Shown here in pieces: positions 46,501-53,838 of a stretch of 53,838 bases of DNA. Origin of the DNA: a virus (taxonomy: Duplodnaviria; Caudoviricetes); the IMG/VR virus record IMGVR_UViG_3300030012_003138, positions 1 to 53,838 of that record. One strand, written 5' to 3'. Position numbers and translations under genes: made by a program. Position 1 is the stretch's first letter. Each line of letters opens with the position of its first letter. The notes under the pieces are model-generated. The model was not told the DNA's origin, did not search any database, and saw nothing but the letters and a program-made list of their open reading frames with translations.

Positions 46501-49500
46501 ACTACAGATAGTGTTAGTACGGATACAGTAACACTTAGAAAAGACATCGGCACATATGTAGGAGTCAGAAATCTTTCCGATGCTTCTGTTTATTTATATA
46601 GTACAACAGGGGCTTCGGACACTAGAGTATACATAAAACCACCCGACAGTAGTCCTGTTGAGAACAGTCATCATTTATATTATGCTGCTAGTGAGGTTTC
46701 TGATACTAAAGTACTAACTACAGATTCTAGTGATACTACAGTAACACTTAAAAAAGACATTTCGGATTATGTAGGAGTCAAAAATCTTTCCGCTCCTGAT
46801 GTTTATTTTTATAGTACAACAGGAGCTACAGACACTAGAGTATACCTAAGTCCACCCGACAGCAATACCACTCAAAATTTATACTTTGCTGCTAGTCCAG
46901 TTACTGGTAATAATAAAGTATTAACTGTAGATAGTGTTGATACAGATGATGTAACACTTAGACAAGACATTGGTACATACACAGGTGTTACAAATCTTTC
47001 CGCTGCTTCTGTTTATTTATATAGTACAACAGGGGCTTCGGACACTAGATTATATCTAAGCCCACCTGCTAGTGAGACTGATAGTCCTTACAATTTATAT
47101 TTTTCTACGGATGCAGTAACTAGTTCTAAAGTATTAACTACAACTGACTCTAGCACAGATGATGTAACACTTAGACAAGACATTGATGAATACACAGGTG
47201 TTACAAATCTTTCCGCTACTGATGTTTATTTAAATACTACAACAACCCCTACAGACACTAGAGTATACCTAAGTCCACCCGACAGTAATACTACTCAAAA
47301 TTTATATTTTTCTGCGGATGAAGTAACTAGTTCTAAAGTATTAACTACAACTGACTCTAGCACAGATGATGTACTATTTTATACTGCTGAAAGCACAGGA
47401 AAACGATTTTTAGAGGCTGATGCTGATGACAGCAACGATGATACAACTAATGTATACTGTACTAATAATGCTACACAAAGCAGAAATTTTTTAAGTAACA
47501 CTACTAATTCTAGTAAAACCACGTATCACGTATACACAAATGCGGATTCAGTATCAGGACAGAAATTCTTAAAAACCGACTCAGATAATACAGACGAAGT
47601 TTTAAGAACTGGTATGCAAGAATTTATTGCCATTAAGGGAATATCTTCTGATGTTTCATTGTACCAAGCTCCTCCACCACAAGCAAATTCATCAGATACT
47701 TTCTTAGAAACTGCATCTGCCTCTGCTGCGGATACTTTTTTATATTCAACCTCAGATGATACTCCAAGAAGATTATTGGCTAAATCAGGTACAGATTCAG
47801 ATACTACAATTCAGTTATATAATGCGGGTACGGGCGATACAGTTGTTGAAACAAAGGTTTTAGAATTAGATTCAAGTGCTACGGGTGATAAAAAATTAAC
47901 GGTTGGTGCTACATCATTCGATGCAGTGACTGGAATCCCACAAACTGATGATTCCGTTGAGCTTTACAAAGCTCCTGTTCCATCAGCAGATTCAACAGAC
48001 ACGTTCTTAGAAACTTCAGAGTCAACTGACCAACATCTTTATTTTTCATCGGGAGCATCGACACATAGTGTTATAACTAGTTCAGGTACTGCTATAAACG
48101 TTGTACACACTGTTGATAGTAGTTCAGGAGCTGCTGTAACTTTTTCAGACACAAAATTTGTAAAGATAAAAGCAGGGGATGATTGGGCAGGGGACGAAAA
48201 ATCTTTCATGCACACAATCGACGACTTTGACGGGGTAACTGCCACAGTAGGAGATGGAGTTAATGTTTATAAAGCTGTTGATGAAGATGATAATCCATCC
48301 CACAGATTTTTAGAAACAAACGACAGTACGGGAACTGAGTCACATATTTACGCTACTACGTTAGCAGCTACTGATACTAGATTTTTAACTACAGGAGATT
48401 CTGCTAGTGACCTCTTTTTATATTCCACGGCTAATAATGATAATACCACAAAGTTCTTAACAGTACCTGATAGTGTACAAGGACAGAAAATTTTAAGATC
48501 TGGTATGGCTTCTTCGAATGCTGTTACAGGTATTCCAAACGGGACTAGGTTATATTTTACAGATACTGATGAACCTTCTGATGCAAGATTCTTAAAAACA
48601 ACTCATACAGATAATACAGACAATACACATATCCTATATGTTTCAGATAGTACTGATGCTAGGACATTCTTAACTAGTTCAGGAAGTGACATAGGTATTT
48701 TAACTTCTGATTCTGTATCAGGAGTATCAGCAGCCAATTATGTAAAAGCTAATAACGACTCATTATCTTCTGGTAAAGTATTCAAACACACTATTGGTAC
48801 CTACACAGGGCTTTCTTCTAATGATAATGGAAATGTTATTGTATATGAAGCACCTGATTCAACTACACGAAACTTTTTACAAACAGGAGAAACCGCAGGG
48901 AATAGTCATCGTGTTTATTCTACAGACACCTCAACAACTAGCACTAGATTTTTAAGCACTTCAGAAGATGATTCTTCACTTACCTCACTTAATTTATATT
49001 CTACAGCTTCTCCTGATACTACTACAAAGTTTTTGAAAGTATCTGATAGTGAATCAGGAAACAAAATTTTAAAGCATGGCATAGACAATTTTAATGCTGT
49101 TACAGGTATTCCAAACGGAACTAATTTATACCACGCAGGAAGTGCTTCTACCCACCATTTCTTAAAATCTCCTACAGCTTTATCAGACCATCATGTTTAT
49201 TTTTCTGATACTGCTAGTGACTCTAGCAACAAAATGCCATTTGTAACAAGTTCAGGTAGTAGTATAAATATTGTAAAATCTTCTGATGATTCTAATACTG
49301 GTGCTTTCTCACTAACAAGGTTCTTAAAAACAACAGGAGATAACGTGGCTGCCCTTGATAGTGTTTCTAAAACTTTTAAGCATTCGTTTGGGACTTATAC
49401 TGGAATTAACGGGGACCAACTTTCAAATGCCAGTAACATTTACGTATATACCACAAGTGCAGCTAGTTCTAATAGTTCGGAAAAGTTCGTAAAGACTACG

Positions 49501-50019
49501 GATACAGGTGATAAGCACGTATTTATTTCTGCCAATAGCACCACCAGAAACTTTATAACTAGTACAGGTAGTGCAGTAAATGTTTTAACTGCGGGTAGTA
49601 TGAGCAATACTTCTACCGCTAAATTAGTAAAAACAGCAAACACTAACGTCGATGCCCTTGATAGTTCTAAAACATTCCAACATACATTTGATACTTATAC
49701 TGGTATGACAGGACTTTCGGGTACTAGTGATATCCGTTTGTATTCTACAGTTGGTGCTGATACTACAAAGTTTGTAAAGACTGACGCTAATCACAACACC
49801 ACAAAATTCTTGTATGTTTCTGACGCTAATAACCCTAGAACCTTCATAACTAGTACAGGATCTTCTAATACTAATGTTCTTACAAGTTCTAGTGACGTAA
49901 ATGTGTTAACAACAAATAATGTTGATCCTTCTTCAATCACACTAGTTAAGTCTGTAAATACCACACCTTCAACATTACAGACGGTTTCTGACTCCGTAAA
50001 AGTATTGAAAGCCCCTTAA
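43543..50019 (+). CDS. Giant T/S-rich fibre/spike protein with mirrored repeat architecture (2158 aa)
   Basis: Two sets of internal repeats in reverse order around a centre at about 46290-46350. Confidence 0.8.
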   Translation: MPEQFTDGNIGAFGAPISPADREVTESSLNKIPDVGLQGYTDSGAYSSNYPSGMVGSTPQDEIRYRQEHEPYNYQPDDDQFVYITKAYLYEIHPLLNEEESKLIKKHELSPLKIKLDTKKGCVYTQFMVDQQGKVIGEYNLLKTEEDEPPDSTPFQLLNADGDDEPDKYGIYNVLIFKFADGVILRNNYDSDKDDPRSVRGHGGIEGHRGPLIWSRGYNTINNLGIGGGMIYEGYNLTEDKINLRTLMGQGQISVSTAGDQINIRGNSNNKTWQAVPDDNVSYSNTTLATFADGLLTGTPNELKVVEVAKSTGSGTTVNTFVDTDDVTLNVDTLTSTSVNLPTGSGIELSTEKYTPTAVSTEGPITQKANALVEGTDIDLDAVEVTSVEMLPPSGSSLELETYDYKPTSVSTEGPITKETGSLKEGSNIDLQAVKLQTQAITPPSGSSLDLETNQYATVDLGFKTTGIDSTVLKGGDNLTTTATELRSKSVPVQDTGVKEYTSKAFPPHTLTATAGTLKEEVGAGNDVTLSSVELSPTSLSGITLSRKTYTPTQVGTKTTTETSFYTGGNQLTTTPTPLSVTRSPVLEFDTKKYTSRQLEQLSLQKKTNILSKSASTAETTLEATALKTTSITPPSSTPLSLGTKTYTPRALSKQTLTKETTALKGGSELDTTVATLSTKKADIVSSTPNTYKARSLDKTTLSPQSKALHGGNPLTCHPTDLNTETLEAPELSVKTFTTTELGTASLSKQDMTTKAFSRVEETFNENLKQQLKALKGGTDYICTPTDMTTKAFSRVEESLDENLKQQSGALKGGTNYTCTPTAMTTRAFSPVEESLNEHLQQQSGTLKGGVDYTCNHTDFKVKTFSRVEESFNENLKQQSGALKGGADYTCTPTSMTTKSFTTQANALQGGSNLDLVYREVYLTDNQTPVWVLGPKNVPSNTSATVTAVVGVERYTGIKRSDGNTATNFHLYQSGTDPVTGNNKVLTTDSVSTDTVTLRKDIGTYVGVRNLSDASVYLYSTTGASDTRVYIKPPDSSPVENSHHLYYAASEVSDTKVLTTDSSDTTVTLKKDISDYVGVKNLSAPDVYFYSTTGATDTRVYLSPPDSNTTQNLYFAASPVTGNNKVLTVDSVDTDDVTLRQDIGTYTGVTNLSAASVYLYSTTGASDTRLYLSPPASETDSPYNLYFSTDAVTSSKVLTTTDSSTDDVTLRQDIDEYTGVTNLSATDVYLNTTTTPTDTRVYLSPPDSNTTQNLYFSADEVTSSKVLTTTDSSTDDVLFYTAESTGKRFLEADADDSNDDTTNVYCTNNATQSRNFLSNTTNSSKTTYHVYTNADSVSGQKFLKTDSDNTDEVLRTGMQEFIAIKGISSDVSLYQAPPPQANSSDTFLETASASAADTFLYSTSDDTPRRLLAKSGTDSDTTIQLYNAGTGDTVVETKVLELDSSATGDKKLTVGATSFDAVTGIPQTDDSVELYKAPVPSADSTDTFLETSESTDQHLYFSSGASTHSVITSSGTAINVVHTVDSSSGAAVTFSDTKFVKIKAGDDWAGDEKSFMHTIDDFDGVTATVGDGVNVYKAVDEDDNPSHRFLETNDSTGTESHIYATTLAATDTRFLTTGDSASDLFLYSTANNDNTTKFLTVPDSVQGQKILRSGMASSNAVTGIPNGTRLYFTDTDEPSDARFLKTTHTDNTDNTHILYVSDSTDARTFLTSSGSDIGILTSDSVSGVSAANYVKANNDSLSSGKVFKHTIGTYTGLSSNDNGNVIVYEAPDSTTRNFLQTGETAGNSHRVYSTDTSTTSTRFLSTSEDDSSLTSLNLYSTASPDTTTKFLKVSDSESGNKILKHGIDNFNAVTGIPNGTNLYHAGSASTHHFLKSPTALSDHHVYFSDTASDSSNKMPFVTSSGSSINIVKSSDDSNTGAFSLTRFLKTTGDNVAALDSVSKTFKHSFGTYTGINGDQLSNASNIYVYTTSAASSNSSEKFVKTTDTGDKHVFISANSTTRNFITSTGSAVNVLTAGSMSNTSTAKLVKTANTNVDALDSSKTFQHTFDTYTGMTGLSGTSDIRLYSTVGADTTKFVKTDANHNTTKFLYVSDANNPRTFITSTGSSNTNVLTSSSDVNVLTTNNVDPSSITLVKSVNTTPSTLQTVSDSVKVLKAP
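45792..46240 (+). repeat. 108-bp (36-aa) coding tandem repeat x4
   Basis: TTTAGTC(G/C)TGTTGAAGAA at 45811, 45919, 46027, 46135. Confidence 0.9.
46473..47373 (+). repeat. 210-213-bp (70-71-aa) coding tandem repeat x4
   Basis: GACACTAGA at 46618, 46831, 47041, 47254. Confidence 0.9.
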
Positions 50020-50066
50020 CAGTTCATGGGTTGAATTGCGATGTAAACGCCTTATATTTAGGTATC

Positions 50067-51116
50067 GTGCCAGCTAAAACTACAGAACAATTATTTGCTA
50101 CTCATTCTCAATATTTAGACGTTTCAAAAGCAACACCTAATGATTTTAGGAATGCTTTGAATGAAATAATGCCAAGAATCTATAAATTAGGTTTTTGGCG
50201 TGAAATGTTATTAGAGCATTCTCAAGATGCTTCTGATGGTTATGTATCATTACCTCAGAACACGGACGCTATAATTTACGGGATATTAGATAATAATCCA
50301 GTGAGTACCCGCTCACTTTGGCATGACTACAAAATGGTGGGAACTAACGATCAGGATAAAACTACCCTTACTGCTTTTATAGATGATGGATACGCCCCTG
50401 TATATAGAGATCTTGAAGCAGATAGTAATTATAAGATTTTTGTGGCAACTCTAAAAGAACCTTTCAATACACTTCCTGACAGGGGGAAGGTGACTGTTAA
50501 GTACAGACAATATGCGGATGCAGCAGATGCTCCTAATGCGTTGATTCCTCCAGATACTGTTTTAAAAGGAGCTTCTTTTAATGAAGCAACCTTTGATTTT
50601 TCGACCCTAACTGGAGGCCCATATCCTGAGTCTTCAATAGATGCAGATTCTGATGTAACTGAAATTATATCTATCACATGGGATAATGTGGAAACAGACC
50701 ATCCTTTTATTGTTAAAGCAAAATACAAAGGAATATCAGGAGGAGCACAGGGAGATGACTCTACTAAAGATTTACTTTTAGCTGAAATCAATTCTAAGAG
50801 AGGCTCTTCTAGATATAGGAGATTTAGAATTGGGGGTACAAACGCATCGTCTTCAGCCCATATGCTATTAAAAAGAAAGTGGGTGGAAGTTGATAGTTCT
50901 AGCGATCTGGTACATATGCCATCTAACGCTATCCTTAAACACGCTTTATTGGGAAAGTTGGGAGAAGACAACGCTGATTTAGAAAGATCTCAATATCACT
51001 GGGCAAACGTTGCAAGTTTATTGGAGTCAGATACAGACTCTTATAGAGGAGCTGCAAAGCCTACTCTTAGGATAGCTCCAGATGGTGTTGGAGCTGGAAT
51101 GCATGGAATGTATTAA
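50067..51116 (+). CDS. Putative head-tail adaptor / tail tubular protein
   Basis: ALNEIM.RI....W...G.V.LP pattern and helical termini. GTG start (MPAKTT) behind TTGAAT-16-TATATT. Confidence 0.55.
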   Translation: MPAKTTEQLFATHSQYLDVSKATPNDFRNALNEIMPRIYKLGFWREMLLEHSQDASDGYVSLPQNTDAIIYGILDNNPVSTRSLWHDYKMVGTNDQDKTTLTAFIDDGYAPVYRDLEADSNYKIFVATLKEPFNTLPDRGKVTVKYRQYADAADAPNALIPPDTVLKGASFNEATFDFSTLTGGPYPESSIDADSDVTEIISITWDNVETDHPFIVKAKYKGISGGAQGDDSTKDLLLAEINSKRGSSRYRRFRIGGTNASSSAHMLLKRKWVEVDSSSDLVHMPSNAILKHALLGKLGEDNADLERSQYHWANVASLLESDTDSYRGAAKPTLRIAPDGVGAGMHGMY

Positions 51117-51125
51117 TTAATTATT

Positions 51126-51551
51126 ATGGCTAACATAGATTTAAAAAGAGGGCAACAAACTCAACTTAAGTTAAATTATAAACCTGACGGGATATCCGCT
51201 ACACGTAACTTTTACACTGATGATGCTCAATACACTGCGTCTTTAGTGTTGCGTAAAAAAGCAGGAGGATCTGTTTCGGGAGAAAAAATTGATACTTTAT
51301 CTAGTATAACTAGTGGGTCAGGCCAAAACACTACAGGGAGGATCAGGTTTCCTCAGCTAGGGGCTGATGACAGAACCGATGGGACACAAGAAGACCCTAA
51401 TATTATATTAAGGTGGGAAACAACAGATGCTAACGCTTTACCTAACGAAGCAATAACTATATTTGGTGATTTGAAAATTACAGACACTGATGTCAGTGAA
51501 GTTATTGAGTCGATTAGAATTACAATTGATATAGTACCAGAAATTATCTAA
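51126..51551 (+). CDS. Tail-fibre-associated small beta protein (BppU-N-like)
   Basis: I.LKRG..., YTA.L.LRK, DL.I.D, I.I.PEI pattern. TAATG-coupled to the fibre gene. Confidence 0.55.
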   Translation: MANIDLKRGQQTQLKLNYKPDGISATRNFYTDDAQYTASLVLRKKAGGSVSGEKIDTLSSITSGSGQNTTGRIRFPQLGADDRTDGTQEDPNIILRWETTDANALPNEAITIFGDLKITDTDVSEVIESIRITIDIVPEII

Positions 51552-53838
51552 TGGCCAATGATACAGTTACCGTTACACAGACAGTTAATACGATTTCTGT
51601 TGATGATTCATCCCCAAGTACATTAACAGTTAGTTCTGATTCGGGAGGGACAGTTACTCTTTCTGATAACACTCCTAGACTCGTTACAGTTTCTATATCG
51701 CCTGTCTCTTCTACTTTAACTTTGGAAAGCAATTTTGCTCCCAAGGAAAGCCCTATATTTACAGGGACTCCGCTTGCACCTACTGCATCAGCAGCTACTA
51801 ATAACACACAGTTAGCTACAACGCAGTACGTCACCACAGCAATAAATAATCTCACAGACTCCAGCCCCGACACACTCAACACACTCAATGAGCTTGCTGC
51901 TGCATTGAATGACGATGAGAACTTTGCTGGCACTATAACTTCATCGATAGCGACCAAGCTTCCTTTAGCGGGTGGCACGATGACTGGTAACATTACCATG
52001 TCAGGTAGTCAGACTGTCGATGGTCGTGATCTTTCTGTTGATGGAGCAAAGCTAGATGGTATAGAAGCTTCAGCTACAGCAGATCAAACTGCTGCGGAAA
52101 TTAGAACATTAGTAGAGTCTGCTTCTGACTCGAACGTATTTACTGATGCTGATCATAGTAAGTTGAATGCTATTGAGGCCTCAGCTACAGCAGATCAAAC
52201 TGCTGCGGAAATTAGAACATTAGTAGAGTCTGCTTCTGACTCGAACGTATTTACTGATGCTGATCATAGTAAGTTGAATGCTATTGAGGCTTCAGCTACA
52301 GCAGATCAAACTGCGTCTGAGATACTTACACTAATCAAGACTGTTGATGGAGCGAGTTCTGGGTTAGATGCCGATTTACTTGATGGCAGTCATGCTTCAA
52401 CATTTGCACCTTTAGCAAGCCCTGCTCTTACAGGAACACCTACAGCACCTACAGCTAATGCTGGTACAGACACTACACAGATAGCAACGACAGCTTTTGT
52501 AAATGCTGCGGTAGCGTTAGAGAACACTTTAGCTGAGATGGATGATGTTAATCTTACATCTCTAGCAGATAATGAAATTTTACAATATGATAGTTCTTCT
52601 TCTAAGTGGTTAAACCAAACTTTAACCGAAGCAGGAATCCTCCCCCTCGCAGGAGGGACGATGACTGGTCATTTAAAATTAAATGACAATCAAAGGTTAA
52701 GGTTAGGCACATCAGCAGATGCAGATTTATATTCTACAAATACTAATATATTTTACGATCATAATAATTATGATGCGTTGTTTAGGCATTTAACAGCCGA
52801 TAAAGATTTTGTATTCTCCACAACTCCAAGTGGAGGAAGTTTAACGGAGCTGCTGAGACTTGACGCATCAACATTAAAAAATGTCTTTGGCAAAGGATTA
52901 AGAATCCCTGACGGGACTGGAGGAGATCCTGCTATATCATTTACTGGTGGAAGTGACACAGGCTTTTATAGATCTGATTACGTCTCTTCACCTCAGAAAG
53001 ACCAAGTCAACCTATCCATTGATGGGAATACAAAGTTCAAAGCAAATGAAGCAGGTATATGGTCAGTAGGTGGTAATATATATCTTGCTAATGGTCATCA
53101 GTTCAGAACTTTCCAAGAATGGTTAGCTACAACAGGTGGGTCAGGATACGGATTTAAGTTTAGAAACACAGCAGATTCTGTTGATTCTATGACAATATCT
53201 TCAGCAGGTAATGTGGTTGCTGCTGGTTCAGTCACAGCAACGTCAGCAGCCTTTGGTACACTTGAACTACATACAGCAGGAAATATTAATTACATATCCT
53301 CTCAGGACGCTTCTAAAGATCTAGTTATTAGAAATACTGCGTCTGGAAAAGACATGGTTCTGCAAGTTGCTTCTAGTAATGGGATTGCGGAGTTACTAAG
53401 ACTAAGAGGGATAACTTCTAAAGAGATAGTTTCTTCAGGCAATCTGGAAATACGCAACGGTACGAACAGTAGGCATATAAATTTATATGAAACTTTCTCA
53501 GACACCTCAAACTATGAGAGATCTTTCTTTAAGCATGCTTCTAGTTTCTTGGAGATAGGAACTGAGGCATTAGGCACGGGTACAGCGAGTGGTTTAAAAC
53601 TCAAGACAGCAGGTGCAGATAGAGTAACCGTTTTGTCTGGTGGTAATGTAGGTATAGGCACTACAAGCCCATCATCGTTATTAAATTTAAGTGATTCTTC
53701 AAACAACCTTTCTCATCAGATAGGATTTTCCTATGTAAGCGGGGGAACTGAGACGGACGCATTTACCATTGGAAGAAATAATTCTACAGGAAATTTAGAG
53801 TTTCATTCTGATATAAACAATCATGGTTTCGAGTTCAA
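51551..53838 (+). CDS. Tail fibre protein, N-terminal part (runs off the window, absent from ORF track)
   Basis: Open from the ATG at 51551 (MANDTVTVTQ...). Contains FTGTP.APT..ATT, TLNELAAALND, LPLAGGTMTG x2, GLDADLLDG and GNVGIGTTSP. Confidence 0.9.
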   Translation, partial: MANDTVTVTQTVNTISVDDSSPSTLTVSSDSGGTVTLSDNTPRLVTVSISPVSSTLTLESNFAPKESPIFTGTPLAPTASAATNNTQLATTQYVTTAINNLTDSSPDTLNTLNELAAALNDDENFAGTITSSIATKLPLAGGTMTGNITMSGSQTVDGRDLSVDGAKLDGIEASATADQTAAEIRTLVESASDSNVFTDADHSKLNAIEASATADQTAAEIRTLVESASDSNVFTDADHSKLNAIEASATADQTASEILTLIKTVDGASSGLDADLLDGSHASTFAPLASPALTGTPTAPTANAGTDTTQIATTAFVNAAVALENTLAEMDDVNLTSLADNEILQYDSSSSKWLNQTLTEAGILPLAGGTMTGHLKLNDNQRLRLGTSADADLYSTNTNIFYDHNNYDALFRHLTADKDFVFSTTPSGGSLTELLRLDASTLKNVFGKGLRIPDGTGGDPAISFTGGSDTGFYRSDYVSSPQKDQVNLSIDGNTKFKANEAGIWSVGGNIYLANGHQFRTFQEWLATTGGSGYGFKFRNTADSVDSMTISSAGNVVAAGSVTATSAAFGTLELHTAGNINYISSQDASKDLVIRNTASGKDMVLQVASSNGIAELLRLRGITSKEIVSSGNLEIRNGTNSRHINLYETFSDTSNYERSFFKHASSFLEIGTEALGTGTASGLKLKTAGADRVTVLSGGNVGIGTTSPSSLLNLSDSSNNLSHQIGFSYVSGGTETDAFTIGRNNSTGNLEFHSDINNHGFEF
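52070..52314 (+). repeat. Near-perfect 111-bp (37-aa) tandem duplication in the tail fibre
   Basis: CAGCTACAGCAGATCAAACTGC at 52071, 52182, 52293. Confidence 0.95.

Noticed and set aside
45792-52314. Diversity-generating retroelement template/variable repeats
   Set aside because: No reverse transcriptase, the repeats are in-frame tandem units, and the differences are not adenine-specific.
51544-53706. Minus-strand ORFs at 51544, 52768, 53302 and 53512 (and similar antisense ORFs over other large genes)
   Set aside because: They are shadows of long sense-strand genes with clear motifs.
1-53838. tRNA genes, integrase, phage RNA polymerase, alternative genetic code
   Set aside because: No cloverleaf or T-loop motifs were seen in intergenic gaps, no catalytic motifs were recognised, and genes are intact and tightly packed under the standard code.

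Overview
This window is a tailed dsDNA bacteriophage genome, probably complete and circularly permuted, because the tail-fibre ORF that runs off the right end continues in frame into base 1. The gene set is podovirus-like. Modules: tail-fibre end and lysis cassette (1-2.9 kb); a minus-strand replication block with primase-helicase, family A DNA polymerase (Leu762 type), putative SSB, DUF2800 nuclease, HNH, SF2 helicase and RuvC-like resolvase (3.9-13.5 kb); large terminase and three internal-virion/ejection-type proteins (13.5-25.5 kb); divergent small early genes around a repeat-rich control region, including a DUF932 gene (25.5-32.2 kb); and portal, scaffold, small basic proteins, major capsid and tail genes (33.5-53.8 kb). 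I found no integrase, RNA polymerase, reverse transcriptase, Cas gene or tRNA. The most striking signals are: (1) a 2158-aa virion protein whose N-terminal motifs recur in exactly mirrored order in its C-terminal half, suggesting a giant out-and-back hairpin fibre, plus a second small NPDY-repeat protein with mirrored spacing; (2) a tandem, stem-enclosed 28-nt motif in the capsid leader; (3) many sigma70-type promoters placed 5-9 nt from start codons, implying leaderless expression; (4) dispersed 7-bp-periodic arrays next to promoters; (5) a 62-bp AT-rich palindrome. All family assignments come from motifs recognised by eye, not from database searches.
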